From Chloroflexota bacterium (GTDB taxonomy: Bacteria; Chloroflexota; Anaerolineae; Anaerolineales; UBA11858): 64,000 nt of DNA. This document shows positions 29,201 to 38,400 of this stretch, piece by piece. Location: the NCBI GenBank assembly GCA_030609055.1, contig JAUWCZ010000001.1, positions 17,363 through 81,362 on the forward strand, given 5' to 3'. The notes below the pieces were generated by a model. That model saw nothing but the letters and a program-made list of their open reading frames with translations. It was not told the origin of the DNA and did no database searches. Numbering within the stretch: position 1 is the first letter of the stretch; each line of letters opens with the position of its first letter. Made by a program: the position numbers and the translations under genes.

Positions 29201-29593
29201 ATGTGTACCCCAATAAGCCAGGCACACTCCGGATAATAAAGCGATCAAAGAGGAGCTGATCGGACCCAGAATCCAACCGGCAATTACGGCTGGAAGGGCG
29301 GCTAAGATCATCAGTGCCCCACCAGTCGGTTCCAGCGACATATCCGGAAGGGGAATAGCACCCCATTGAGGTATTCTGAAACCGAGGAATAAGGCTGTAA
29401 AAGGAGCCAGAGTCATTAATAGTCCAAACAGGAACCACTGGCTTTCTTTCAGATCCCGCTGGTATTCCCGCCAATGCCAATTTCCAATTACGATGCCTAA
29501 GGTCATCACAACCAATACTGAGATACTCAACCTATCTACCGGCCAGATAATATACGCAGGTGAATTAAATAAGGTGAGTATGAACGGCATCAT
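26282..29593 (-). CDS. Multi-domain sensor histidine kinase (polytopic N-terminus, periplasmic-type domain, HAMP, GAF, PAS, HisKA, HATPase_c)
   Basis: H-box FVATVSHDLRSPLT, N-box LVDNAINF, G-boxes EDSGIGI and GTGLGLAI. 1103 aa. Confidence 0.85.
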   Translation of the reverse strand: MMPFILTLFNSPAYIIWPVDRLSISVLVVMTLGIVIGNWHWREYQRDLKESQWFLFGLLMTLAPFTALFLGFRIPQWGAIPLPDMSLEPTGGALMILAALPAVIAGWILGPISSSLIALLSGVCLAYWGTHSPFTVIEFVSFSLFFSVAIRQRYRTAVFSILRRPFLASLLIAGVHYSLIITGAFFWASGSIVENLDFAISNSRSAVAALGGSFAAAGLVAEFALVALPQVDGIKHKLKPSPSESSIKVRFLYYVVSLTLVLVLVLLLVNWFVAGRSAEKMVQAQMENIARTTTNKIPFFFNTGQSLISQYAADLSGSMTTPEDLDPVLRRSFRAIPFFSQLFVFNINNDLIGAYPDQDIPDTSFTAEFLSGLGSALNGVPVQVNVSPPSGIGNRTVITFIGSIPSVDGLPEGVLVGLADLESNPFTQPILSDLRGINDLGGVGYLLDEQGRVLYSSEENLFGLFFPSIDITLEEGFSKQTTADGTRQLMYIRSALGRPWAVMLTIPAVRAQQLALDLAAPLSGVVLLIAVVTMAVMYIGLSSVADSLHVLTEEADRITKGELGHPLHITRRVDEVGQLRRAFEKMRRSLKNRMVELNRLLKVSQGVASSLEMADAVDTILSSALEIGACSARIVLDADILPEHFSENAEMTCIGSGEDTTAFSYLDSQILEIARGRSPVMLSNPARMPLLDLKEDNPIPGAILVVAVQREQQYYGAIWLAYLEPHNFLDSEVRFIVTLAGQAALAASNSALFGRAEIGRRRLAAILASTPDPILVLDHQDNLLLTNPVAGELIGLEGELGIGEKIEQVTKHQELIELLNDSAAGKISKEVKLDDGRVFLATASPVISGEHQLGRVCVLRDISQLKEMDELKSDFVATVSHDLRSPLTLMRGYATMLEMVGELNEQQQNYVHKIITGVESMSHLVQNLLDLGRIEAEVGLKLDMVSAPDIVTEITDTFKIRASQKKINLRVSPPNQTIPFISADKALLQQALRNLVDNAINFNQQGGEVWVRYQMEEGRIIFEVEDSGIGISPVDQQRLFEKFYRVESREKDKQGGTGLGLAIVKSIAERHGGDAWVESELGSGSTFYLAIPVRQPERIVKSE

Positions 29594-29706
29594 ATCCTGG
29601 AAGAGGTCAAAAGGCGCTGGTCTGAATCCATACTCGATTATAGCATGGATCCAAGTTGGTTAAATCCCCCCTACCGGTGGCAGGTGGTGAGAAAATCTAT
29701 AAGTAC

Positions 29707-30417
29707 TTAGTTTATCAGATGTGGGTTACCGGACAGGATTCTCTCATAATCAGCATATACTCCCCGGTATGATTCAGGCAGCAGTTCTGCAATCCGGGCC
29801 ATGATGATGTCCGTATTCTGTTGGCGCATGTTTCGGCGATCCTTCCCTCTACCAGTTAATGGGGGTAGGTGAAATAGGTCGCCAACTATCATTTGAATGG
29901 GAGGTTTTTCCCCCCTCAGCCCCTTAGATAAAAAGTCCATTGTGTTCCCAATGACCGCCACGGGAATGACAGGTATCCGGGCTTGATCTACAATGTAGGC
30001 AACTCCCGGCTTACCACGTCTTAACCCAGGTGTGTGTGACCGTCCTCCTTCTGGGGAGATCATCAGCGGGCGGTTTGACTCACTCGCTTTTTGGATCTGA
30101 GTAAAAACATCGCGGTCAAATTCAGTTCTCTTAACCTGAATACCGGCATAAAGGCGGGCAAGCAGCGCCTGACCGCGACGGTCCCAAACCGCAGCAGCGC
30201 CGATAATCTCTAATATCGTCGGCCAAAAGGCCGCTATTAATGGGACTTCAACCAGGGAGACATGATTAAACGCGATTATATACCGGTTGAATTCAGGGAT
30301 TTTATCCATCCCATGAAGTTTTACCTTCCCTAAGAGACTAAAGACTCCTCGAAAAAAGAGCCGCAGAAATCTGCGGTTTATTTGAATTATCAGGGGTATG
30401 CGGTATTTATCAGGCAT
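29707..30417 (-). CDS. plsC: 1-acyl-sn-glycerol-3-phosphate acyltransferase
   Basis: AFNHVSLVEVP (a variant of the NHxxxxD block) and ISPEGGRS. Its start overlaps the cmk stop by 8 nt. Confidence 0.75.
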   Translation of the reverse strand: MPDKYRIPLIIQINRRFLRLFFRGVFSLLGKVKLHGMDKIPEFNRYIIAFNHVSLVEVPLIAAFWPTILEIIGAAAVWDRRGQALLARLYAGIQVKRTEFDRDVFTQIQKASESNRPLMISPEGGRSHTPGLRRGKPGVAYIVDQARIPVIPVAVIGNTMDFLSKGLRGEKPPIQMIVGDLFHLPPLTGRGKDRRNMRQQNTDIIMARIAELLPESYRGVYADYERILSGNPHLIN

Positions 30418-31114
30418 CTGTTTCGTTGTCTAACTTCCTGGCGTATTCCTCTATCCGGGATACTACATCAGCAACTGATAAGGTATCCGTATTTATTACA
30501 ACAGCATCTGGCGCTGCACGTAACGGAGCAATTTCCCGGGTCGAATCCTTCTTATCTCGTTTTTTTAACTTCTTCAGAATCTTTGGGTAATCCACCTTTT
30601 CGCCGCGGTCTATCCGTTGATGAAACCGCCGCCTCGCTCTTTCTTCAACGGAGGCATCCAGGAAAATCTTCAGGTCTGCTTCCGGTAGGACAACTGTTCC
30701 AATATCCCTGCCTACCATGATCACCTTGCCCCGCAGACCAATCCGGCGTTGTTGTTGGGTGAGTGCTTTCCTAACTATGGGGTATGCTGATACTCTGGAT
30801 ACCTTGGCATCAACTGCGGGTTTCCGGATTTTCCAGGTCACATCAATGCCATCTGCCAGAACGTCATATTCCCGTCCATCATCCTTTGAGGGAGGTTTTA
30901 CATCGATCTGAACACTCTCTGCCAATGAGGAAATCGCAGGTTCATCCTTGGTAGAAATTTTATTCTTTAAGGCAATCCAGGTCACAGCTCTGTACATCAC
31001 CCCGGTGTCAAAAAACAGATAATCCCACCTCTCTGCCAATTGATTGGCGATAGTAGTTTTTCCAGATGCTGCAGGTCCATCAATAGCGACTTTACTCGGA
31101 AAACTCATTCCCAC
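30410..31114 (-). CDS. cmk: Cytidylate kinase
   Basis: VAIDGPAASGKTT P-loop followed by FFDTGVMYRAVT. Confidence 0.9.
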   Translation of the reverse strand: MGMSFPSKVAIDGPAASGKTTIANQLAERWDYLFFDTGVMYRAVTWIALKNKISTKDEPAISSLAESVQIDVKPPSKDDGREYDVLADGIDVTWKIRKPAVDAKVSRVSAYPIVRKALTQQQRRIGLRGKVIMVGRDIGTVVLPEADLKIFLDASVEERARRRFHQRIDRGEKVDYPKILKKLKKRDKKDSTREIAPLRAAPDAVVINTDTLSVADVVSRIEEYARKLDNETDA

Positions 31115-31177
31115 TCCTCAAACCAATAAGATGACCAGGATTCTGCATATAATTAGATCACAGCTAATTCTAAGTTA

Positions 31178-32923
31178 TTAATTCTCCCCGCTCGGATCGT
31201 TAGGTCCGGACAGAATACCTTGTTGTACCCATAGGATTATATTCTCATTCTCAACCGGTCCCTCCCGGAAAGCAATCCAGCTGATCCAGTTATCCGGGAA
31301 TATCCCTTTCCAGGCAGTTTCTGAAGCAATCACAAAATCCTGGCCGCGATAGATAGCAAGCGGCACTGGAAGATTGTCTTCCTCGTTCGTAATCAAAATA
31401 GGGGTTATTAATTCCGGATCGTATCCTTGATAGAATTTAATTTGCCTGTGTTCCCGTAACGCCCATCGCAAAGTTGAATTTCCATTGATAACTGCACCTT
31501 GAATGCTGTCCCATCGGCCAGTTTCAGTAACGCTTACTTCCGCAATTGTATCCAATAGCAGATTAACCTGCCCAGAACCGGATCCTATTGTCCACAGCGA
31601 GCGGGGATCCCCGGCGGCAAGGAATGCACCCTGCACCATAGTTGATAACATATAGATCCCTAAAACGCCGCTCACACCAAGTGCCAGCCCCTTTCGTGAG
31701 GTTGGCCAACCCCACTCAGAGGCGATAATTGTCATCGCAAGTATTCCTAGTGCCAAAGAGGCAGCAATCAAACCCCACTGCAGAAGAACCGCCCGTGGAT
31801 TGCCCTGTTGTAAAATCATTCCTGTAAAGGTCAGCCAATTGAGAACAAATAGTATCGCGATCAACCCTGCAAGTGAATAGGTAACCCAGGTAGACTTAAC
31901 TGATTGGAAAATTCTAACCATCTGCTTGGCAGCACTAACCCAGAGAGGCATCACAACCCAGATTAGGTCAGCTGCCTGTCTTCCTGGATAAAGAACGATC
32001 AAAAACAGGGAAATGCCAAACCAGAGACTGGAGATTTTCCCTATCTGGTCGTTCTCTTTCCAGGCGAATAGGTAACCCAGGCCACCAAAGATAATAATTA
32101 ACGGATTACTAAGAACAGGAGCAACCAGTATATTTAAAACACTCACTCCGGATGGATTTATCCATCCCCATACAAATTCCGACAGTCCTGAGATCCAGGC
32201 ACTCAACCCCTGCGGCTGAGAAAAGAAAAATGATCCAATCCCAAGTACAACCAGGGCTGGAAGGAAATAACCTCTCGCACCGGGCAATGGGGATTTATTC
32301 TGGTTTTTAGAAGCTGAAAACCTGACCTGAAAGTATTGTTTTGGTTCCATATATCGCAGTATCCCACTGAGAACCAATGTGATTCCTAACATCATCACTC
32401 CCAGCCAGAAATTGGGACCAGATAAGAACCCCAGAGAGAGAAATATCAGGCTCCATTTCAGCCTCTGCTGATGGAACATTACACCTGCTAACAAGGTGAA
32501 TACCAAGGCAGGGATTGGACTACCCGCAAATCGGGAAACAGAAACCAAAGCAGGATCTATCGCCAAACCGGCAGCCAGGACCAGAGCAGGTATTCGTCCA
32601 TATCGATTCCTGATAAAAAATGGAACCCAAACGACTAGACTTCCAGCCAGGGCTGGCCAGATGCGGGCAGTAAACTCTCCACTACCAAATATAAAATAAA
32701 AAGCTTCAGTGATGGATAAATAACTCACTAGGGAGCCGAACTGGATGGATTCTCCTTTCCAGATCTGCCAGGCTTGATAAGCCCAGGATGCCTCGTCTTC
32801 CCCCAAGGGATTCCTCCCAAGCAGTGAAAAACGGAGGATGGCGGCCAGGAGAAAGATTAAGCCATAGAGAAAATATTCCGTTGTGATTTTTGTATCTTTA
32901 TTCATACCTATCCCATTTGTCAC
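31178..32923 (-). CDS. GT-C-fold membrane glycosyltransferase-like protein (PMT_2/ArnT-like, TIGR03663-like)
   Basis: Polytopic protein. The first loop has LGRNPLGEDEASWAYQAW (DE motif typical of GT-C). A C-terminal soluble domain follows. Confidence 0.55.
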   Translation of the reverse strand: MTNGIGMNKDTKITTEYFLYGLIFLLAAILRFSLLGRNPLGEDEASWAYQAWQIWKGESIQFGSLVSYLSITEAFYFIFGSGEFTARIWPALAGSLVVWVPFFIRNRYGRIPALVLAAGLAIDPALVSVSRFAGSPIPALVFTLLAGVMFHQQRLKWSLIFLSLGFLSGPNFWLGVMMLGITLVLSGILRYMEPKQYFQVRFSASKNQNKSPLPGARGYFLPALVVLGIGSFFFSQPQGLSAWISGLSEFVWGWINPSGVSVLNILVAPVLSNPLIIIFGGLGYLFAWKENDQIGKISSLWFGISLFLIVLYPGRQAADLIWVVMPLWVSAAKQMVRIFQSVKSTWVTYSLAGLIAILFVLNWLTFTGMILQQGNPRAVLLQWGLIAASLALGILAMTIIASEWGWPTSRKGLALGVSGVLGIYMLSTMVQGAFLAAGDPRSLWTIGSGSGQVNLLLDTIAEVSVTETGRWDSIQGAVINGNSTLRWALREHRQIKFYQGYDPELITPILITNEEDNLPVPLAIYRGQDFVIASETAWKGIFPDNWISWIAFREGPVENENIILWVQQGILSGPNDPSGEN

Positions 32924-32961
32924 ACTGTATATTTAACAATAGCTTGTGCGCCCGCCATTAA

Positions 32962-35448
32962 TCAGGGGCTTGTTTTTGGCGTGTAAATCGACAGCCTCTC
33001 ATTGCGATAGACTGTGATCATATTGGTATTAAACTTTTCTTCAAGTAAACCATTGGGGCAAAAATCTTTCCCCTCTTCATAGGTGGAGTATTCTACATCC
33101 CCCACCACAAGATATCGGACCTGATATTTTTCCAAGATTGCCTTGGCAATCTCCCAGTTATGCGTGCAGTAAAGAACTGCCAGGTCTTCTTTTCTAGGCA
33201 TAACAAGCTCACCGCCACCACGCCATTGAATTTCATGAAAATCCCACCCAAGAACATTCGGCTTTCCGCTGTAAGTTGCCATTCTGGCATGCGATGAGCT
33301 ATAACTCCCTCCCACAGCTTCAGCGATCACACCCGGAGATGCATCCCGGAGCCATTTTGCTGCATCCGCATCAAGGGGAGTATAGTTATAGAAAAATTCC
33401 CCGCCATCCAGTGTTAGCCCCCCTTCCCTCGAGAAGTTGTTAGTCTTGGACTGGATGCTGATAACTGGGTAAAACAAAGCCATGAACATAGATAACATCA
33501 TTCCCGCAAACACAGCATATCGTCCTGGAGAATCAAAGTTGCGGAAAATGGAAATTGTCCCATAGGCAGCGGCCACACTCCACATCAGCCAGGCTTGATA
33601 ATAAAACTTAAAAATAGTATTGATCCTATAACCAAACAAATCCCTCAGAAAAACAAACTCGGGAACCAGGGTCAGAACCATGCCGCCCAGTATAAGCAGA
33701 AGAATAAAATTATCCGGATTGACAGTTTGTCTAGTCTGGTCACTTTCAGGTTCAATCGGGGTGCGGCGGTGAAAAATCAATCCAAAACTCAAGGCAGACA
33801 ATACAAAGAGAGTGATTAAAGTCCCCGGTATGGTGAACCTTCGATAGAAACCCTCTGCTAAAACCTGAGAGAGAGAGGAACCACCAACTGATCCCAGGAA
33901 CAGTTGTACCAGGGGTTCACCTCCATTTCTGATGGGCAGCCAGTTTATGAACCCGATCAGGGCCAGCATAAAGATAAACAAAAATATGATTAGAGTGCCG
34001 GAGAATAACAAGCCTATTTTAAGGTTTCTATCGGCTTTGCGTCTATTCCAGGTTATTATCAACCAGGCAATAATCGGTATCAGGAGCGGTCCAAACATTA
34101 CCCAAAATTGGGATCCCCTGGTGATATACAACACATTGGGTATGCCCCCCCCGGCCTGAGAAGCGAAACCAAGGAACCAAGGTAGATACATTATCGCTCC
34201 GGTGATACCGAGGGTTACTCCCAAAAATAGAAATTCTCGCAGAAGCTCTCCTATAGACCAGCTAAAGCGGTCGCGGTTGTTTTTTAAGACATATGCGCCC
34301 GCCAGAACACCAACATACATGGGAAAATTCCATGTATTAAGGAAAGCCATTCCTCCTGCCAACCAAGCAAGGACACCGAAGAGCAAAGGTGATATTTCAA
34401 GCGGGATAATACCCAGCCAGCGGAAGGAATCATTTTTGGGCTGCAAGTAGAGTTCAAGGGCAAAAATAAGGATCAGAAATACAAAAGGTAGTGACAGGAC
34501 ATGGGGGTGCAGATCAGCCAGCAAAAAAGAGAAAAAAGGAAATTCACTGATAACCTCTTTTCCGAAACCAGAATAATCATAATCCTGTATCACCCGTGAA
34601 GCCCGCCACCACCACCAATGACCGAAAGGAGATCCTGTTGGAGGGGAGACCAGATCCTGGATATCCAGCCATTTCCAGAAAGGTGAAACTAACAGACCTT
34701 CGGAGTTGGTCCTCCAGAAGGCTCCTTGGGCGTGAAGAAAATGCAGGAATCCCTCCCAATTGCTGATGATCAGGGTATAAAAAGGTCCCAATAAAGCGGG
34801 CAGGATAGATGACTTCCAGCGTTGATTAGTCAAAACGCACAAGTTGAACACGATCCCATACGATCCCACAGCAGATAATGAAAAGATCAGCGAAACCCCC
34901 AGGTTAAAAGCCACACTGCCCAGCGTTCCAGCAATTTTGGCTAACATTGCGATCATGATATAACCAAAATAATAATAGGATATTGCATACCCGGAGAGCC
35001 AGGGATCATGGGGAGGGAAGCTCTCCGAATGCAGTATGGCATTGATGAATGCCAATTCCATTGGTTTTTCTGTGCCAAGAATATCCGGATTTAAGGAACG
35101 GATGACAGCCCAGCCTGCAAATGTTATTAAGAATAAAATTTCAGTAGTGATAATCAGTGATCGATACTCACGAATCCATTCCCCTAGTTCCGTTCCCCCT
35201 TTTTTCTGGATAACAAATACGCCCAGACTGACAGTTAGGAGCAGGGTGAACAATAATCCCGCCAGGTTATTATTGGTGATGCCCAATCTACCTAGAATCC
35301 AGTACAGGTATCCCCATAACAGTAAACCAAAGATTTTCGAGAAGGCAACTCCCCTGTCAGGTAAATTTGGCACTAGGTGGAATATCACGGGAAATGATAT
35401 CCATCCCAGTGCAGTAATGATCAAGTACCAGAATATGAAATCTAACAT
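32962..35448 (-). CDS. Chlor_Arch_YYY / DUF2298 family polytopic membrane protein
   Basis: 828 aa and highly hydrophobic, with YAISYYYFGY (YYYxG signature). The C-terminal soluble domain is paralogous to that of the 1604-aa neighbour. Confidence 0.7.
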   Translation of the reverse strand: MLDFIFWYLIITALGWISFPVIFHLVPNLPDRGVAFSKIFGLLLWGYLYWILGRLGITNNNLAGLLFTLLLTVSLGVFVIQKKGGTELGEWIREYRSLIITTEILFLITFAGWAVIRSLNPDILGTEKPMELAFINAILHSESFPPHDPWLSGYAISYYYFGYIMIAMLAKIAGTLGSVAFNLGVSLIFSLSAVGSYGIVFNLCVLTNQRWKSSILPALLGPFYTLIISNWEGFLHFLHAQGAFWRTNSEGLLVSPFWKWLDIQDLVSPPTGSPFGHWWWWRASRVIQDYDYSGFGKEVISEFPFFSFLLADLHPHVLSLPFVFLILIFALELYLQPKNDSFRWLGIIPLEISPLLFGVLAWLAGGMAFLNTWNFPMYVGVLAGAYVLKNNRDRFSWSIGELLREFLFLGVTLGITGAIMYLPWFLGFASQAGGGIPNVLYITRGSQFWVMFGPLLIPIIAWLIITWNRRKADRNLKIGLLFSGTLIIFLFIFMLALIGFINWLPIRNGGEPLVQLFLGSVGGSSLSQVLAEGFYRRFTIPGTLITLFVLSALSFGLIFHRRTPIEPESDQTRQTVNPDNFILLLILGGMVLTLVPEFVFLRDLFGYRINTIFKFYYQAWLMWSVAAAYGTISIFRNFDSPGRYAVFAGMMLSMFMALFYPVISIQSKTNNFSREGGLTLDGGEFFYNYTPLDADAAKWLRDASPGVIAEAVGGSYSSSHARMATYSGKPNVLGWDFHEIQWRGGGELVMPRKEDLAVLYCTHNWEIAKAILEKYQVRYLVVGDVEYSTYEEGKDFCPNGLLEEKFNTNMITVYRNERLSIYTPKTSP

Positions 35449-35466
35449 TAGAAATCCGATTGTCTA

Positions 35467-38400
35467 TTAGTAGGTCGTGAGAGCTTGGTAGATTGTGGTC
35501 TCCTGATCATGGTAGACCGTTTTCCAAAGGATTCCCTCGGCAACCTCAAATTTTTCTATCCCTTCTGGTAAATACTTCGCCCGTTCCAGTTGTCCCAAAA
35601 CAATATACTGGACGTTATATTTTTCCAGGAAATCTCGAGTGAATCCTAGATCTGTGGTGTCATAAAAAGTATTAACATCATCAACCCGGTTGTACACCCA
35701 CTCATGCGGTGTGAGATTTCGCTGCTGGCGTTGATGCCAATTCCAACCTACCACACCGGGCAAACCTGTATAAACAGTGTACCTTGTGGCCCAATGATAT
35801 TCAACCTGGTTTGCTTCCACGATCACTGGTGACCCTTCAATATTATCCTGCATCCAACGGATTGCCTGATAGTCCTGAGAAAGATCGATGGTTGTGTTCA
35901 AATCAACATACTCAGCCTGCAGCATGAAGGCCATCCCGTCTAAGGTATGAGGAGCTTTCATAGCCATTCGGTCTTTGATTTTTGCGACCCCGCCAAGCAA
36001 GGGGTAAAACGCAGCACCGATGACTAATATATAAAAGACACTTTGCCAAGCCGTGCGGAGCCCCGGAATCCACTTCTTTACAGAAACTGCCAGCCAACCA
36101 ATACTGGCGGCTGCGCTGACTGCAAACAGGGTCCAGGCTTGAAGATAGAATTTAAAGACTGTGTTCATCCGTCCAATATCCCCCTCAATATAGATCAGCT
36201 CTACCATCAAGGTCAACGCCAGGCTTGTTCCAGTCAGGAACAAGACAATCTGCTTCGTCAAAGGCAAGCCTGGCCTAAAGATCAGGATTCCAGCCCAGAC
36301 CATCAGGGGCAGTACAATCCAGATAATTCGAACACCTGATCCAAGGATGACAAAACCCTTCAGGTCAATAGGGTTTTCAAGCGTTACGCCAAAACTGACC
36401 ACAATTACTATCAGGCTTAGGATCCCAGATAGAATCAATTCTCTGTATTTGTTCAATTTCCGGAGAGCGGAAACCGGGGTTGTCGCCATCCAATTAATTG
36501 TCTCAGATACCATCCAGGAGAATATTACAAATAGGAATAAACCCCAGTGTGTGAAGTAATCATTTAACGGTGTATTGGTTCCGTACCAGGGCTTGATGCT
36601 GGTATACCCCTGACCGTACCAGTCAGCATAGGGCTTAAATAGGATAAACGCAAAAACAACGAAGGTAATCAACTGGAGAAGGGATCGGAACCAGTTTCCA
36701 TTCTCCCTGGAAATCTCCTTAAAAAAGGAATAAACCAGGGCGGCCATCCCCAGGGCAAGATAAGGATAAAAATCCCAGGTGTTGGTCGGTCGCAATACAC
36801 CAACTGCCAGAGCGCCGAAAAGAGCCACTCCCAGCATATTAATTAATCTAGCTGATTTTTGTTCAGTATTCAGGGTGGATTTCACGACGGAGAGCGCCCA
36901 GGCAATCAATAGTAAGGTGAGCGGGAGAGCGATAAAATGCGCATGCAGATCACCATACAGGAAAGTGAAGAACGGAAACTCCGTGATCGGTCCTCCATGC
37001 TCTGCTCCAATTGTCCGACTTGGGTTCCAGTACCACTCATCAAGCCGGTAATGCAGAGTTTTGGTTTGGATGAGCCGGACAAATCCTAAGAGGGTCCATT
37101 TGAATCTCTGAAAAAAGTCTCCATCCAAAACGTTCACACCACCAGAGGCGAGCCGCTGCAGCCCCTGGAGAAACATCCGGATGATGCCGAGGTTTCCGAA
37201 TATGACCATGCCCAGTACGCTAGCTCCACCCGCCAGGTAGGGCATCCCCTGCTGACCTTCTCCTGATTCGGGATCTCCTCTGGATAGATTCCAGGCAAGA
37301 GAAAATGCACCCAATCCCAACATCATGAATATAGTCGGCAAGATTAGATTATAGGCAAGCGAAGGCATGATCCCCAGTAGTTTTACCAATACACCAACAA
37401 ATACAAATCCATAATAGTAATAATTGATATATCCCCCCGCAAACCAGGGATCATAGGGAGGGAAGGTAGTGCTCTTTAATACGGCATTAAAATAAGAGAA
37501 ATCCATCGGTTTTTCGCCACCCTTCCAGGGATGCCATAAATCGGGATTGCCATACCGAATCAGCAAAGCGATGATAAATAATGAAACCGCCAGGATTTCA
37601 ACGATCAGGTAATATTGCTTCTGCTTCTGCCACTCCTCAAGCAGTGATCTCCGCTGTAAATATCCTGCAAAAACGCCGCCAGCGGCCAGGATCAGGAGAA
37701 TAACAAAGATTGTGACTCGCAGGGTTGGTATCCCAGATGATCCTGCCAACCAGACCAAATATGATAACAACAGCAAACCAAATGTGCGGGCCAGAGGATA
37801 CCCGCGGTCTTTTAGCCCGGAGAGAACATAACGCATCAAGGGATATACCAACAATCCCAGTAGGAAAACACTTCCATACCAAATAAGTACAGCTATAAAC
37901 TGATTACGGTTATATAAGGCTTCCGGATTAAATAGTTCGCTCCAGGTACCTCCTTCCTGCTGTTCAGCCCACCGTTCGGGAGGAAGCATTAAATTGCCCG
38001 GATGAGAATCGGCCTGTTTTGGTGTGACGTGGATTACTTTGCTCAGATCAATTTCACCCAGGATTTCAGCTGCTTGTGCTAAATCAAAGTCAGCTGACTT
38101 CTTAAAAATGAACACTTTGGGGTGATCGTAGACCGTAAATGCCTCTTCTGAGGGTTGGTCATTGATCTCAATTTGACCAAATTGGGGATTAGATTGGAAT
38201 GTCTGAATGAGATCAAACCCTAAATTGCCCTGATAGGTGCCTGGAAGCGCCCAATTGTAACATTGCTCAACACTGATATCAAACGAACATCCTATCAGTT
38301 GGCGGTAATATTCTGTTGTCAGAGGATATCGTTCCTGGACCCGGGTTGTTGTTGCCCATTGTCTGCTGGAAGTAATCAGGATATATTCTGCCTGATCCAG